This document shows positions 36,401 through 47,806 of a stretch of DNA of 64,000 nt, piece by piece. Position 1 is the first letter of the stretch, and every line of letters starts with the position of its first letter. The position numbers and the translations under genes were made by a program. Below the pieces are notes generated by a model that saw only the letters and a list, made by a program, of their open reading frames with translations, did no database searches and was not told the DNA's origin. The DNA is from Macrostomum lignano (taxonomy: Eukaryota). Location of the stretch: assembly GCA_002269645.1 (NCBI GenBank), contig NIVC01001698.1, positions 124,001 through 188,000 on the forward strand, written 5' to 3'.

Positions 36401-39400
36401 GTCAGAGAGGTGAGAGTCAGAGAGATGAGAGTCGGAGAGGTGAGAGTCAGAGAGGTGAGAGTCGGTGAGGTGAGAGTCGGAGAGGTGAGAGTCGGAGAGG
36501 TGAGAGTCTAAGAGGTTGGAGTCGGAGAGGTGAGAGTCAGAGAGATGAGAGTCGTAGAGGTGAGAGTCGGAGAGGTGAGAGTCGGAGAGGTGAGAGTCAG
36601 AGAGGTGAGAGTCGGTGAGGTGAGAGTCGGAGAGGTGAGAGTCGGAGAGGTGAGAGTCTAAGAGGTTGGAGTCGGAGAGGTGAGAGTCAGAGAGGTGAGA
36701 GTCGGAGAGGTTAGAGTCGGAGAGGTGAGAGTCAGAGAGATGAGAGTCAGAGAGGTGAGAGTCGGAGAGGTGAGAGTCGGTGAGGTGAGAGTCGGAGAGG
36801 TGAGAGTCAGAGAGGTGAGAGTCGGAGAGATGAGAGTCGGAGAGGTGAGAGTCAGAGAGATGAGAGTCGGAGAGGTGAGAGTCGGAGAGGTGAGAGTCGG
36901 AGAGGTGAGAGTCAGAGAGGTGAGAGTCAGAGAGGTGAGAGTCGGAGAGGTGAGAGTCAGAGAGGTTGGAGTCGGTCAGGTGAGAGTCGGAGAGGTGAGA
37001 GTCTAAGAGGTTGGAGTCGGAGAGGTGAGAGTCGGAGAGGTGAGAGTCTAAGAGGTTGGAGTCGGAGAGGTGAGAGTCGGTGAGGTGAGAGTCGGAGAGG
37101 TGAGAGTCGGAGAGGTGAGAGTCAGAGAGGTGAGAGTCGGAGAGGTGAGAGTCGGAGAGGTGAGAGTCTAAGAGGTTGGAGTCGGAGAGGTGAGAGTCAG
37201 AGAGATGAGAGTCGGAGAGGTGAGAGTCTAAGAGGTTGGAGTCGGAGAGGTGAGAGTCTAAGAGGTTGGAGTCGGAGAGGTGAGAGTCAGAAACTTAGAG
37301 GAAGTTGAGAGTATAGGAAAGGGTGAGTCAGACAGACGCTGCCATCCGTCAAGTCCCTGAGCAGCTCAGCCAATGCAGAAAGCGCCGAATACCCGAGCAC
37401 GTTCGCCTTCTGATCAGCCGGAATCCAGGGGGACAGGAGCTGCCACACCTTGGTGTAGAGCCAGTCCATTGAATCGTTGCCCATTATGTATCGCGGAGGG
37501 AAGCTGGATTGGCAGGCATCAAATTTAGCTTATTTATATCATTTTTAATTCAAAAAATTTGAAATTACACCAAACAAACCTATTCACTGGCACGCTCTCA
37601 TGGTTGCCCATAGCAACCACCAGAGGAACGCCAGGAAAGTACTTCTGCACCAGCTGGGTGAAGCCGCTGTACAGGGCGATCTCCTCCTGCCGGGTCTGCT
37701 CCCACACGTGGTGGTCCGGCAGGTCGCCGGTGAAGTAGATCAGGTCGAACTGCTCGAGTGCGGCGTCAACAGGTGATCGACGGGTGCAGGTTTTGTATTG
37801 AACTTGATGGAAATTTATTAGTTTTATGGTGACTGGGTGGCCAATCGAGTGGTCAAGTGGTGCTGTGTCCTCCCACTGAATGAGTTTGAGAGAGTGCTGT
37901 GTCCTCCCACTGAATGAGTTTGAGGCTGCTGTGTCCTCCCACTGAATGAGTTTGAGAGAGTGCTGTGTCCTCCTACTGAATATGCTAACTTCATTACTGA
38001 CAGTAGGAAGATGCAAACATCTTGCAGCTATTTTCTGCGCCGACCTGTCGATCCCTGGCGATCTGCTTGAAGGAGTTGTCGGCAGTCCACCAGGGCAGGT
38101 CGCAGTTGTAGTCGCCCCAGTAGGCGGCTCGGCGCTTCGATGAGGCTGCAAAATTGACGGTGGTGCGAAATATTCTCGCTTTTCTACTCTTATCAGTAGT
38201 ATCAGTAGCAATAGAAAGTTTGGCGTGTACTGCACTACAAGCGTAGTAAATTATGCTATTAAGTGGGCGCAAAAAGACATCCCAGTGTGCATGCACTTGT
38301 CTGACCTACATCGGATTCATCAATCAGATTAGTCTGAACCATTTCTGCAATAAGCCGGTTAGAGGATAACTGCCTATGCTTCTGCCTATGCCACTGTCTA
38401 TGCCACTGCCTATGCCACTGCCTATGCCACTGCCTATGCCACTGCCTATGCCACTGCCTATGCCACTGCCTATGCTTCTGCCTATGCCACTGTCTATGCC
38501 ACTGCCTATGCCACTGCCTATGCCACTGCCTATGCCACTGCCTATGCCACTGCCTATGCCACTACCTATGCCACTGCCTATGTCACTGCCTATGCCCCTG
38601 CCTATGCCACTGCCTATGCCACTGCCTATGCCACTGCCTATGCCACTGACGGAATGGGGAGGCCGCGAAGCCACCTAAAGCTTCTGCGGCTACCGAGTTC
38701 ACCGAGTTTACACAGCTGCATCCACAGACCATGGATAATAAGCCCATTCTAGCTTCATACTGCTTTGCTAGACTCCAGCATCATCCAGTCCCAGACTCCA
38801 GCATCATCCTGTCCCAGACAACAGCATCAACCAGTCCCAGACTCCAGCATCAACCAGTCCCAGACTCCAGCATCATCCAGTCCCAGATTCCAGCATCGTT
38901 TAGTCCCAGACTCCACCATCAGCATCATCCCAAACTCCCAAACTCCAGCATAAACCAGTCCCAGACTCCAGCATCATCCAGTCCCAGACTCCAGCATCAT
39001 CCAGTCCCAAACTCCAACATCATCCTGTCCCAGACTCCAGCATCATCCAGTCCCAGACTCCAGCATCATCCAGTCCCAGACTCCAGCATCATCCTGTCCC
39101 AGACTCCAGCATCATCCAGTCCCAGACTCCAGCATCATCCAGTCCCAGACTCCAGCATCATCCTGTCCCAGACTCCAGCATCATCCAGTCCCAGACTCCA
39201 GCATCATCCATTTCCAGACTCCAGCATCATCCAGTCCCAGACTCCAGCATCATCCAGTCCCAGACTCCAGCATCATCCTGTCCCAGACTCCAGCATCATC
39301 CAGTCCCAGACTCCAGCATCATCCATTTCCAGACTCCAGCATCATCTAGTCCCAGACTCCAGCATCATCCAGTCCCAGACTCCAGCATCATCCAGTCCCA

Positions 39401-41070
39401 GACTCCAGCATCATCCTGTCCCAGACTCCAGCATCATCCTGTCCCAGACTCCAGCATCATCCTGTCCCAGACTCCAGCATCATCCAGTCCCAGACTCCAG
39501 CATCTCACGCGGCATCCCGTCGCTCCTTCTGCAGCAGGTGGGGAGGCCGCAGTCGGCGCTGGCGCCCACGCTGTACAAGACGTCGATATGGACGTCGCTG
39601 AGGTGCAAAATTCGAAGCCTTGGCGCACCCGACTTTGGTGGCAAAATCGGCTTCACTGGCGGCTTGGGATTTGGCGGCAGGCTGATGTTCCAGAAGTAGT
39701 CGAACTGCGGAATTGAAGCGTTGGAGCAGCCGGCGCCCAAGTACTGGCCGCAGACATCGTCGGGGTCCAGGTAGACATGATCCAGGGCGTACATGAACAT
39801 CGGCTGGGGTGTCAGTGAGAGTGAGTTAGTCAGTGAGTCAGTCAGTGAGAGTGAGAGCTAGTGAGTCAGTCAGTGAGAGTGAGCTAGTCAGTGAGAGTGA
39901 GTCAGTCAGTGAGAGTGAGTCAGTCAGTGAGAGTGAGTCAGTCAGTGAGAGTGAGTCAGTCAGAGAGAGTGAGTCAGTCAGTGAGAGTGAGTCAGTCAGT
40001 GAGAGTGAGTCAGTCAGTGAGAGTGAGTCAGTCAGTGAGAGTGAGTCAGTCAGCGAGAGTGAGTCAGTCAGTGAGAGTGAGTCAGTCAGTGAGAGTGAGT
40101 CAGTCAGTGAGAGTGAGTCAGTCAGTGAGAGTGAGTCAGTCAGCGAGAGTGAGTCAGTCAGTGAGAGTGAGTCAGTCAGTGAGAGTGAGTCAGTCAGTGA
40201 GAGTGAGTCAGTCAGTGAGAGTGAGTCAGTCAGAGAGAGTGAGTCAGTCAGTGAGAGTGAGTCAGTCAGTGAGAGTGAGTCAGTCAGTGAGAGTGAGTCA
40301 GTCAGTGAGAGTGAGTCAGTCAGCGAGAGTGAGTCAGTCAGTGAGAGTGAGTCAGTCAGTGAGAGTGAGTCAGTCAGTGAGAGTGAGTCAGTCAGTGAGA
40401 GTGAGTCAGTCAGTGAGGTTCGGGGCTCACCTGCCACAATTTCACGACTCCATCGCACACCTGAGGCGCCTCCTTGTAGCTGTATAGGCAGATTATTCGA
40501 GCCACTTCTGGCACGAGGCTGTTTTCTGAAACAGTGGCGAGTTATGGAGAATGAGTCTGGGGTAGCCTGAGGAATGGAGTCTGATGTAGTCCTTGGAGTG
40601 GAGGCTGAGGTGGAGGCTGAGGTAGGCTCTGGTGTAGATTAGCTGGTAGGGCGTGCAGTGGAGGCTGTGGTAGGCTCTGGGAGTAGAGTATGTGGTAGGG
40701 CGTGCAGTGGAGGCTGTGGTAGGCTCTGGGAGTAGAGTATGTGGTAGGGCGTGCAGTGGAGACTGTGGTAGGCTCTGGGAGTAGAGTATGTGGTAGGGCG
40801 TGCAGTGGAGGCTGTGGTAGGCTCTGGGAGTAGAGTATGTGGTAGGGCGTGCAGTGGAGGCTGGTAAGGTGAGGCGGGTCGAGCAGCTGAGCTCTCCAAC
40901 TCACTCCCTTCATCCAACAGCCGACGCGCCAGAGCCACGCCAGTCTTGCAGACGTCGCACTCGAGGTTGACGCTGACGGCGCGGTCACTTTGAAACCGCA
41001 GTGGCGCCGAAAGTGCGGCGGCTATGGCCAGCGTGACGCAGACTCCGCTTAGCAACCAGTGACGCCTCAT
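33401..41070 (-). CDS. SMPD1: Acid sphingomyelinase (sphingomyelin phosphodiesterase), 12 exons, about 561 aa
   Basis: Exons 41070-40905, 40525-40431, 39803-39509, 38145-38045, 37749-37580, 37503-37393, 36028-35948, 35859-35695, 35229-35043, 33863-33765, 33684-33590, 33521-33401; phases consistent (donor at 37392 least certain). Signal peptide, saposin-B Cys pattern, Pro-rich linker, and metallophosphoesterase motifs [32 protein letters not shown]. Confidence 0.96.
33880..34919. repeat. Intronic minisatellite, 25 bp unit GGGTGGGTGAG(G/A)GTTGCTTGGGTCA
   Basis: About 41 copies abutting the acceptor at 33864. Confidence 0.96.
35256..35597. repeat. Intronic minisatellite, about 16 bp unit GGGAATCCATGCCTTG
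   Basis: Array in SMPD1 intron 35694-35230. Confidence 0.93.
36050..37290. repeat. Intronic minisatellite, 15 bp unit GAGGTGAGAGTC(G/A)GA
   Basis: Array in SMPD1 intron 37392-36029. Confidence 0.96.
37861..37978. repeat. Short intronic tandem repeat, about 34 bp x3 (GCTGTGTCCTCCCACTGAATGAGTTTGAG)
   Basis: In SMPD1 intron 38044-37750. Confidence 0.85.
38370..38648. repeat. Intronic minisatellite, 12 bp unit GCCTATGCCACT
   Basis: In SMPD1 intron 39508-38146. Confidence 0.95.
38770..39503. repeat. Intronic minisatellite, 23 bp unit CCAGACTCCAGCATCATCCAGTC
   Basis: Starts within about 5 nt of the donor at 39508. Confidence 0.95.
39813..40416. repeat. Intronic minisatellite, 18 bp unit AGTGAGTCAGTCAGTGAG
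   Basis: Fills almost all of SMPD1 intron 40430-39804. Confidence 0.96.
40650..40862. repeat. Intronic minisatellite, 49 bp unit
   Basis: About 4 copies (GGGCGTGCAGTGGAGGCTGTGGTAGGCTCTGGGAGTAGAGTATGTGGTA) in SMPD1 intron 1. Confidence 0.92.
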
Positions 41071-41329
41071 CCCGTATTGCTTACTGAAGATTTTTTGTTA
41101 TAGAGCTCTGCCTATGTAAACTGGTCAACGCTGATCTGAGTTTTTGCGCTTACCAGCTGCTCTGACTCAAAACAGCTCAGTTATAGCAGCCTGGCTGCTA
41201 TCTAGCTCTGGCCACGAACATAAATGCAGAGATTAGACTCTACCGGGCGAGTGCAGAAATGCAACGAGTTGGGGCCCTGGGTTGAACTTGCGCTTTTTAG
41301 GCTGTGCATACCTGAGTTTTTCTTGCCTG

Positions 41330-41700
41330 AACATGTGAACACTGAGTAGAATGACATGTGAACACTGAGTAGAATGACATGTGAACACTGAGTAGAATGA
41401 CATGTGAGCACTGAGCAGAATGACATGTGAACACTGAGTAGAATGACATGTGAACACTGAGTAGAATGACATATGAGCATTGAGCAGAATGACATGTGAA
41501 CACTGAGCAGAATGACATGTGAATACTGAGCAGAATGACATGTGAACACTGAGCAGAATGACATGTGAATACTGAGCAGAATGACATGTGAACACTGAGC
41601 AGAATGACAAGTGAACACTGAGCAGAATGACATATGAGCATTGAGCAGAATGACATGTGAACACTGAGCGGAATGACAAGTGAACACTGAGCAGAACGAT
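41330..41700. repeat. Minisatellite, 23 bp unit GAACACTGAG(T/C)AGAATGACATGT
   Basis: Direct reading; upstream of the SMPD1 ATG. Confidence 0.94.
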
Positions 41701-42192
41701 ATGAACAATATATATCTGCTCTGTACACTCTACACTCGATATATGAGCACACAATCCATAATCAGTTAGGATTTGTATACCAAAAACAGCAAAACAAAAA
41801 AGCTAATTGGAAGTTCGTGTAAGTTTTATTTCGGAAGCAATTGCTCCCTGTACACATCAAGTGCTGGAAAGCGCACAAGTAAAGCTAGCTGTGTTTATTG
41901 CAAGTCGCGGCATCAGGCAAAGTCTCGCTTGAAGCAGAAATTCTGCAACCACCTTGCTGCATCGCTTTATTGCTGTCCATTGTCGGATATTTGGGCTTTC
42001 TGTGCTACAGCTTTCTGTACTGCCAGCTGCTTTATAAAGCCATTGAACTGTGTGGGGTCAGTGCGCTACCTCCTAAATCCCATTATTCCTTTATCTAATC
42101 CCCTCTCTTCCCTGATTCCTTCCTTACAAGAAGGAAGAAATGTCCAGCTCCTTTCTTCCTAACCCTTCCTTCCTTCATTGCGTCTTTTTCTT

Positions 42193-42790
42193 TCCTGACA
42201 ATTTCATTGCTTCCTGACAATTTCATTCCTTCCTGGCAATTTTATTGCTTCCTGACAATTTCATTGCTTCCTGACAATTTCATTGCTTCCTGACAAGTTC
42301 ATTGCTTCCTGACAATCTCATTGCTTCCTGGCAATTTTATTCCTTCCTGACAATCTCATTCCTTCCTGACAATCTCATTGCTTCCTGACAGTTTCATTGC
42401 TTCCTGACAAGTTTACTACTTCTCTACAAGTTAATTCCTCCCTGACAATTTCATTGCTTCCTGACAATTTCATTCCTTCCTGGCAATTTTATTGCTTCCT
42501 GACAATTTCATTGCTTCCTGACAATTTCATTGCTTCCTGACAAGTTCATTGCTTCCTGACAATTTCATTCCTTCCTGGCAATTTTATTCCTTCCTGACAA
42601 TCTCATTCCTTCCTGACAATCTCATTGCTTCCTGACAGTTTCATTGCTTCCTGACAAGTTTACTACTTCTCTACAAGTTAATTCCTCCCTGACAATTTCA
42701 TTCCTTCCTGACAATTTCATTCCTACCTGACAATGTCATTTCTCCCTGACAATTTCATTCCTTTCTGACAATTTCATTCCTTTCTGACAG
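42193..42790. repeat. Minisatellite, 18 bp unit TTCCTGACAATTTCATTG
   Basis: Direct reading. Confidence 0.93.
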
Positions 42791-43837
42791 TTTCCCTCAT
42801 TCCTGCTCACTTTATTCACTTATGCTTGAAACTCCTCGCATTGATTCCTTGCTGATACATTCATTTCATCCCCGGCTATTCAATCCTTTCTGACCATCCA
42901 TTCATCACTAACGCTCGTGTTTTTGATTGCGAAGGCCTCTCTGACACTGCATGCAGTCGCACTGGGAGCAATCAATTCTGTTTTCATCGCAGATTGTGCG
43001 CAATACTTCATAGCGCAGTGTAAAATAGGCTTTTGTCTTGAAGTCCTGCGAACCAGACAAAACAGCCGAAGCCGGCCCTGAAGGACAAGCTGACGACATT
43101 TCTGCACAGCCGCCTCCCCGCGCCTGACGCGGGGCTGGGAAAGTCCTGAAGAAGAACAACAGGCAGCGGAAGACAGATGCGACCGGGAAATGGGCGGTTG
43201 GCGGCAGGCACGCAAGACATCCGATAAAATTTCAAGTTTAAAGTTTCTGCGCTTGAAGTATATAGTGTACTCGTATATGAAGTACATGAAGCATATTGAC
43301 TTATATAGTTTTTATTTATTTGATCAAAAGTACCAGAAAACATCATTTTCATACAGCAGTAAAGGACACTAATTAATAGTTATTGAAACTTTAGTGCTAA
43401 TAACAAAGGTGAAAAGAGCACTAAGTACACCAATAAGCCTGCAATATTAACTCAAAGAAGCTAAAGAAGGCAATCGAGCAAGCTCTAATAATTACAGTGT
43501 CGCATTGCACCGTTTCGACATTCGATTAAAACTATTGATTATTGATATTGATTGATATCAATATTGATATTGATTAGAAGCTTACACTGCGGCAGTAGTG
43601 GGGGCGGATTAAAGATTTATTGCATTATTTGTACGGTAGTCAAGGCCCTGCGCTGATAACGGAAGTGCATCCTGATCGGTTCTACTTTTATCACTTTACA
43701 CTCGGGGCTTGAATTCAGTCTCAGTGTTGGGTGAACTGCGTGCCGCTTTCGAAAATGTCTGGAGCGCTTTTCGACCCACTTTTGGTTAAATCTCTGGTGT
43801 TTTTCCTAGAAAGCCGAGTGCAGCCTGCGCTCGATCC

Positions 43838-44350
43838 TCAGCACTTGAATATCGGCTTCACCAGCTCGGCGTTGACGTCGGTGACGCTGAAGAAGGCGGC
43901 GACAACTGAGTTCACGTCGGCCTGGCCGCGAGAGCAGGCGGTCTGGGCCACGCTGAGCAGCAGCAGCTGCGAGAAGCTCACGTTCGCCTGCTTCGAGGAG
44001 GCGCCCGGCGGGCAGACGAAACCGAAAAAGTCGGCGCAGGCGCCGCCACCGCCACCGCCGCCGCCTCCGAGGCCGACTGTGACGGGGAAGGTGCGGTTCC
44101 GCAGCGCCTGGCAGGGGCCGCGCAGGCCAGCAGACCGGCCGGGGACCAGCGGGCAGCCGAACGGGCTGTTGTCATCGTCATCGGAAGCCTGCAGCTTCGT
44201 GTGCGTGTGTAGGCCGGTGACCACGATCAGCGCCACCAGCACCAGGCAGAGGCAGACGCTGAGGATGCACACCACGGGCGAACACTGGTTCTGCCGACTC
44301 TCCACCTCCTCGACTGTGGCTTCCGACGGCTTCTGTTGCTGATCCACCAT
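43838..44350 (-). CDS. Short type II membrane protein (170 aa) with a neprilysin/M13-like N-terminal Cys motif; apparently truncated
   Basis: Short cytosolic N-terminus, hydrophobic anchor (VVCILSVCLCLVLVALIVVTGL), then C..C and ACADFFGFVC resembling M13 PCxDFYxYAC; GC-rich codons; AATAAA about 220 nt downstream. Confidence 0.5.
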   Translation of the reverse strand: MVDQQQKPSEATVEEVESRQNQCSPVVCILSVCLCLVLVALIVVTGLHTHTKLQASDDDDNSPFGCPLVPGRSAGLRGPCQALRNRTFPVTVGLGGGGGGGGGACADFFGFVCPPGASSKQANVSFSQLLLLSVAQTACSRGQADVNSVVAAFFSVTDVNAELVKPIFKC

Positions 44351-45736
44351 GACTTGGCTCGGGCTGGTAGCTTGGCGGCTGAATTCAATTCGCTCCTTCG
44401 GGACCGGGATAAACCAGCTCGCTGGCTTATCAGTTTTTCAAGTCGGCGGCGGCTATTTCTTTTTCCTATCCTCCATTCATTTGCATCTCCCCCCCCCCTG
44501 GTGCACGCCTTTTCAGGGAGAACAGCCGCATGCATGGGCTTGGCAGGATGGCCGGGCCGGGCACAGGGCCGGTTTTCCTTACCCCGTAGAAGCCTTCAAA
44601 TGGTTCGAGCGCTCGTCATCCTCCATCGGTTTTCCTACTTCCAGTCGCGATCCGAATGGACAGATCCGGAAGTAGAGGGCGCAGTGACCCCAGCCTGGGA
44701 GGCACCCAGCTCCGCTCGGCGGACCTATTCAACATCGCCTTCTCCCAGGAGGGAAGGATATCCGTGTATGTGTAGGATATACGGCCCTCGCCACCCCAAA
44801 CCGGATTTTTCTAGTTGAGGCATTTTTAAGCAGATCCCCCACACACACGCACGCATACGCTCTCCCCGACCGATGCGATGAAGTCAGCTATAGCTACGCT
44901 TTTCTTTTCTTGCAATATACTGCATTTGGCCTGTTGCGCTAAAAGCAAAGGGCTGATCAGCCCCTCAGGTTGTTTAGCTAGGGTTATTAGGGCCAAAAGG
45001 ATCCCGGGATCTTCAAAGTTCAAATGAGTTCAATTCCATTTAGTTAGTATCTATAATTAGGCAAAAATCGGATCAGTCATTCCTGTAGACTCATCTTATT
45101 TCATATATAAGATGAAAGCTTATATAGAGCATATTTCGACGAACCAAAACCACTTATTTCTTCAATCTGATGAATGCCACGATCCTCCTCCTCCAGAATC
45201 TCGAATTTCTACGAAGATGGTGAATAAAAAATGGTTCTATTATTATTTATTATTTATTTACCATTTTTGTAGAAACGAGCTTCTTTGGAGGATCATAAAT
45301 ATATAGGATACGTCACTGCAGCCAAAAAATTACGTCTTGGAGACGTTTCACTTTCTATTGGATACGTAATTTTGCTATTCGGGAAATATGAAAGAGCATA
45401 TTTGGACGAACCAAAATCACTTATTTCTTCGATCAAATGAATGCTTGATCCAGTCACAGCTGTCAGCGCTGCTAAAAAATGATCGTGCCATCAACTGCAA
45501 CAGTCTCGCTATACGAACTACTGCGCGCTACTGGAAGCTGAAATGAACGACAGGATGCCTTTTAGAGAGCAGCACAGAAATGTTTTTCAAGCAGCGATAC
45601 GAGTCTTGATCGAAGTTGGGCCAACAGTCGGCCGACCTTCAACCGGAGACTCAGACGCTCTGTGAGAGACTGCTGGAGCAGATCGGTCCCCCAGAACTCG
45701 CACTCTAGCCGCCCATCTGGGAATTTCGCAAACAAG

Positions 45737-46757
45737 TGCAACAGTTGCCTATTATTTTGCCTACTTTGCCTATTTTTGTCTATTTTGTCTACTGATTTCA
45801 CGTATAATACGACTATTTTTTTATATTCGATTGAAGAATTCTGTGCCTAATAAATATATGTTTTTAATATTGTTAAGTAGTAAAATAGCATCAATAGTAG
45901 CTTTTAGCCTAATTCTGTATGTTTAATTAGTTTTAATACGTACGCCATTTTTGCCTGTAATACTATAAAAGAGAGAGAGAAAAATAAACGAAGGAGAACT
46001 TGCGCTCGTTGGTTTCCTCCGCCTGCCAATTTTAGACTCCGGTCTTGGCCCCAGCGGTTGTAATTGTTCCAAAAATAGATCTGAATTGGTCTTAGTCATT
46101 TAAAGGCGCTCCGCCTTCCCTCTCCCACGGAGCTTCGTACAGCCAGAAGCGTACAGGCCTCCTTTCCCCACTCTCCCCAGGACGTGCAGTCCTACCCCAA
46201 GCCGCTCCCCTTTCCTCCTCTTTCCCAGAGAATATACGCCCCGCCCCTCAATCCTCTCCCCTCTTTGTGGACATTCTGTCTGCACAGGTGTACAGCCTTA
46301 TTCCCTCGGACTTACAGTCTGATCCTCCCCCAAGCATCCCCGCTCCCGACCCTTCCTAGTAGAAATTTCCCACATTCATTAGGCAGATTGCCTTCTTATC
46401 TAATGCTGTCAGCATTCCCTATTAGTATTTAGAAGTTCCCATTAGTGTGCTTTCCCAGGCAACTCTGATCCATCGCGAAGCCCTTAATTCCCCTCTCCCA
46501 TCTTTATTCCCTCGGACTAGTTAAGTTTAATTTAGACAGTGTCTTGCCGCTCGGACACTCACGCCACCAGGAGCAACCATTGGCTTACTCCTATTAGTAA
46601 TAAAACTAGCACATCTATCAGAAATCCCCAAGAATCCCATAACTTACCCTACAACAAATTTGGTGTCAGCAATAGGAAACTTCCCTCCCCCAAGACCCCT
46701 ATAACAGATTTTGGTAACAGCGGTGGGATTTTCTTAAAAATAAACAGCCCTGTAACA
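45737..46757 (+). repeat. 5' LTR (1021 bp)
   Basis: No differences seen by eye versus 54164-55184 (offset 8427); TATAAAA at 45964 and AATAAA at 45983. Confidence 0.96.
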
Positions 46758-46761
46758 AATT

Positions 46762-46774
46762 TGGTGGCAGCGGT
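46762..46774 (+). promoter_or_regulatory. Primer-binding site complementary to the 3' end of tRNA-Leu
   Basis: TGGTGGCAGCGGT, 4 nt after the LTR end; complement of ...ACCGCTGCCACCA-3' (tRNA-Leu end recalled from vertebrate tRNAs). Confidence 0.8.
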
Positions 46775-46840
46775 AAAGGATCAGAATCTGGAGAAACGCG
46801 CAACCCCAGCCTAATTTCCCATCCCAATCCCTGAAGTATA

Positions 46841-47806
46841 ATGGCCGCAGGAATCAATGAAGCCCTTGCGCTCTTAGCCGAAGAGCTCCGCAACCGACTC
46901 GAATTAGGCCCCCTTAGACATGTGAAAATCCAGAAATACCTCCCCAGCCAAGATATCAGAATCTGGCTTACCGCATTTGACCAAAGATGTGAAAATGAAG
47001 GAATAGATGAGGAAAACCGAAAGCAGGAATTATTGACCAACTTAGATCTAAGCACTGCGTTTGCAGCAGTTCAACGCCTCAACCTCCCAGCTAATCTCCC
47101 CTATGAAGAATTCAAAGAGAGACTGATCGAAAGATTTGGAAAAGTAGGTAGCTCCGCCGAATTTCGCGAAGAGTTTAGGAATCGCTGCCAAGGCAGAAAC
47201 GAATCCACTGACAGCTTTGCCGATGCCCTGATCGAATTAGCCTCCCGCGCATTCCTGAACATGGATGCTGAGCAGAGAGAGGAAGAACTGGTTGAGCAGT
47301 TCATTAAAGGTGTGAGAACCCCTCCCGACACCCGTGAAAAGCTAATCTTTGCCCAACCTGCTAGTCTCCAAGCCGCCCGCAGAATGCTGCGCAGAATTGA
47401 AGCTGCTTACCAGATGTCCCATAAAGGTGGAATCCGAGTAACTAAGGAAGAAAAAGAGGAGTATAAAGGCAGAACTGACCAGTTGATCATCAATCAGCAG
47501 AACCAGATTGATCGCCAAGAACGAGTCATCCAGGACTTAAAGAAGCAGCTAGCAGCGCAAAGCGCTCCGCCACCCCAAGCCTATCCCCAGCAACAGTATA
47601 GACAGCCACCCCCTCAGCAGTATAGACTGCCACCTCCTCAGCAGTACAGACCGCAACCCCAGCAGCAGTTCAGACAGCCACCCCAGCTGATGAACCAACC
47701 ACCAAGGCGTGAACCCCCAAGAAGGAATGAGCGTCAGCCCCCCAATCCCAGATATGAGCCGCTGAAGTTCCGTAACCCCCGTGACTCCCAGAAGTCGGGA
47801 AACTGA
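46841..47806 (+). CDS. gag: Retrotransposon Gag (321 aa)
   Basis: ORF right after the PBS; WLTAFDQRC, F..R.Q...ES...F...L..LA..AF and L.EQFI.G capsid-like motifs; Gln/Pro-rich tail. Confidence 0.9.
   Translation: MAAGINEALALLAEELRNRLELGPLRHVKIQKYLPSQDIRIWLTAFDQRCENEGIDEENRKQELLTNLDLSTAFAAVQRLNLPANLPYEEFKERLIERFGKVGSSAEFREEFRNRCQGRNESTDSFADALIELASRAFLNMDAEQREEELVEQFIKGVRTPPDTREKLIFAQPASLQAARRMLRRIEAAYQMSHKGGIRVTKEEKEEYKGRTDQLIINQQNQIDRQERVIQDLKKQLAAQSAPPPQAYPQQQYRQPPPQQYRLPPPQQYRPQPQQQFRQPPQLMNQPPRREPPRRNERQPPNPRYEPLKFRNPRDSQKSGN

Noticed and set aside
45110-45450. Diverged ca. 65-bp direct repeat (about 45120 and 45390) upstream of the mariner remnant
   Set aside because: Could not be tied to TIRs or any function.
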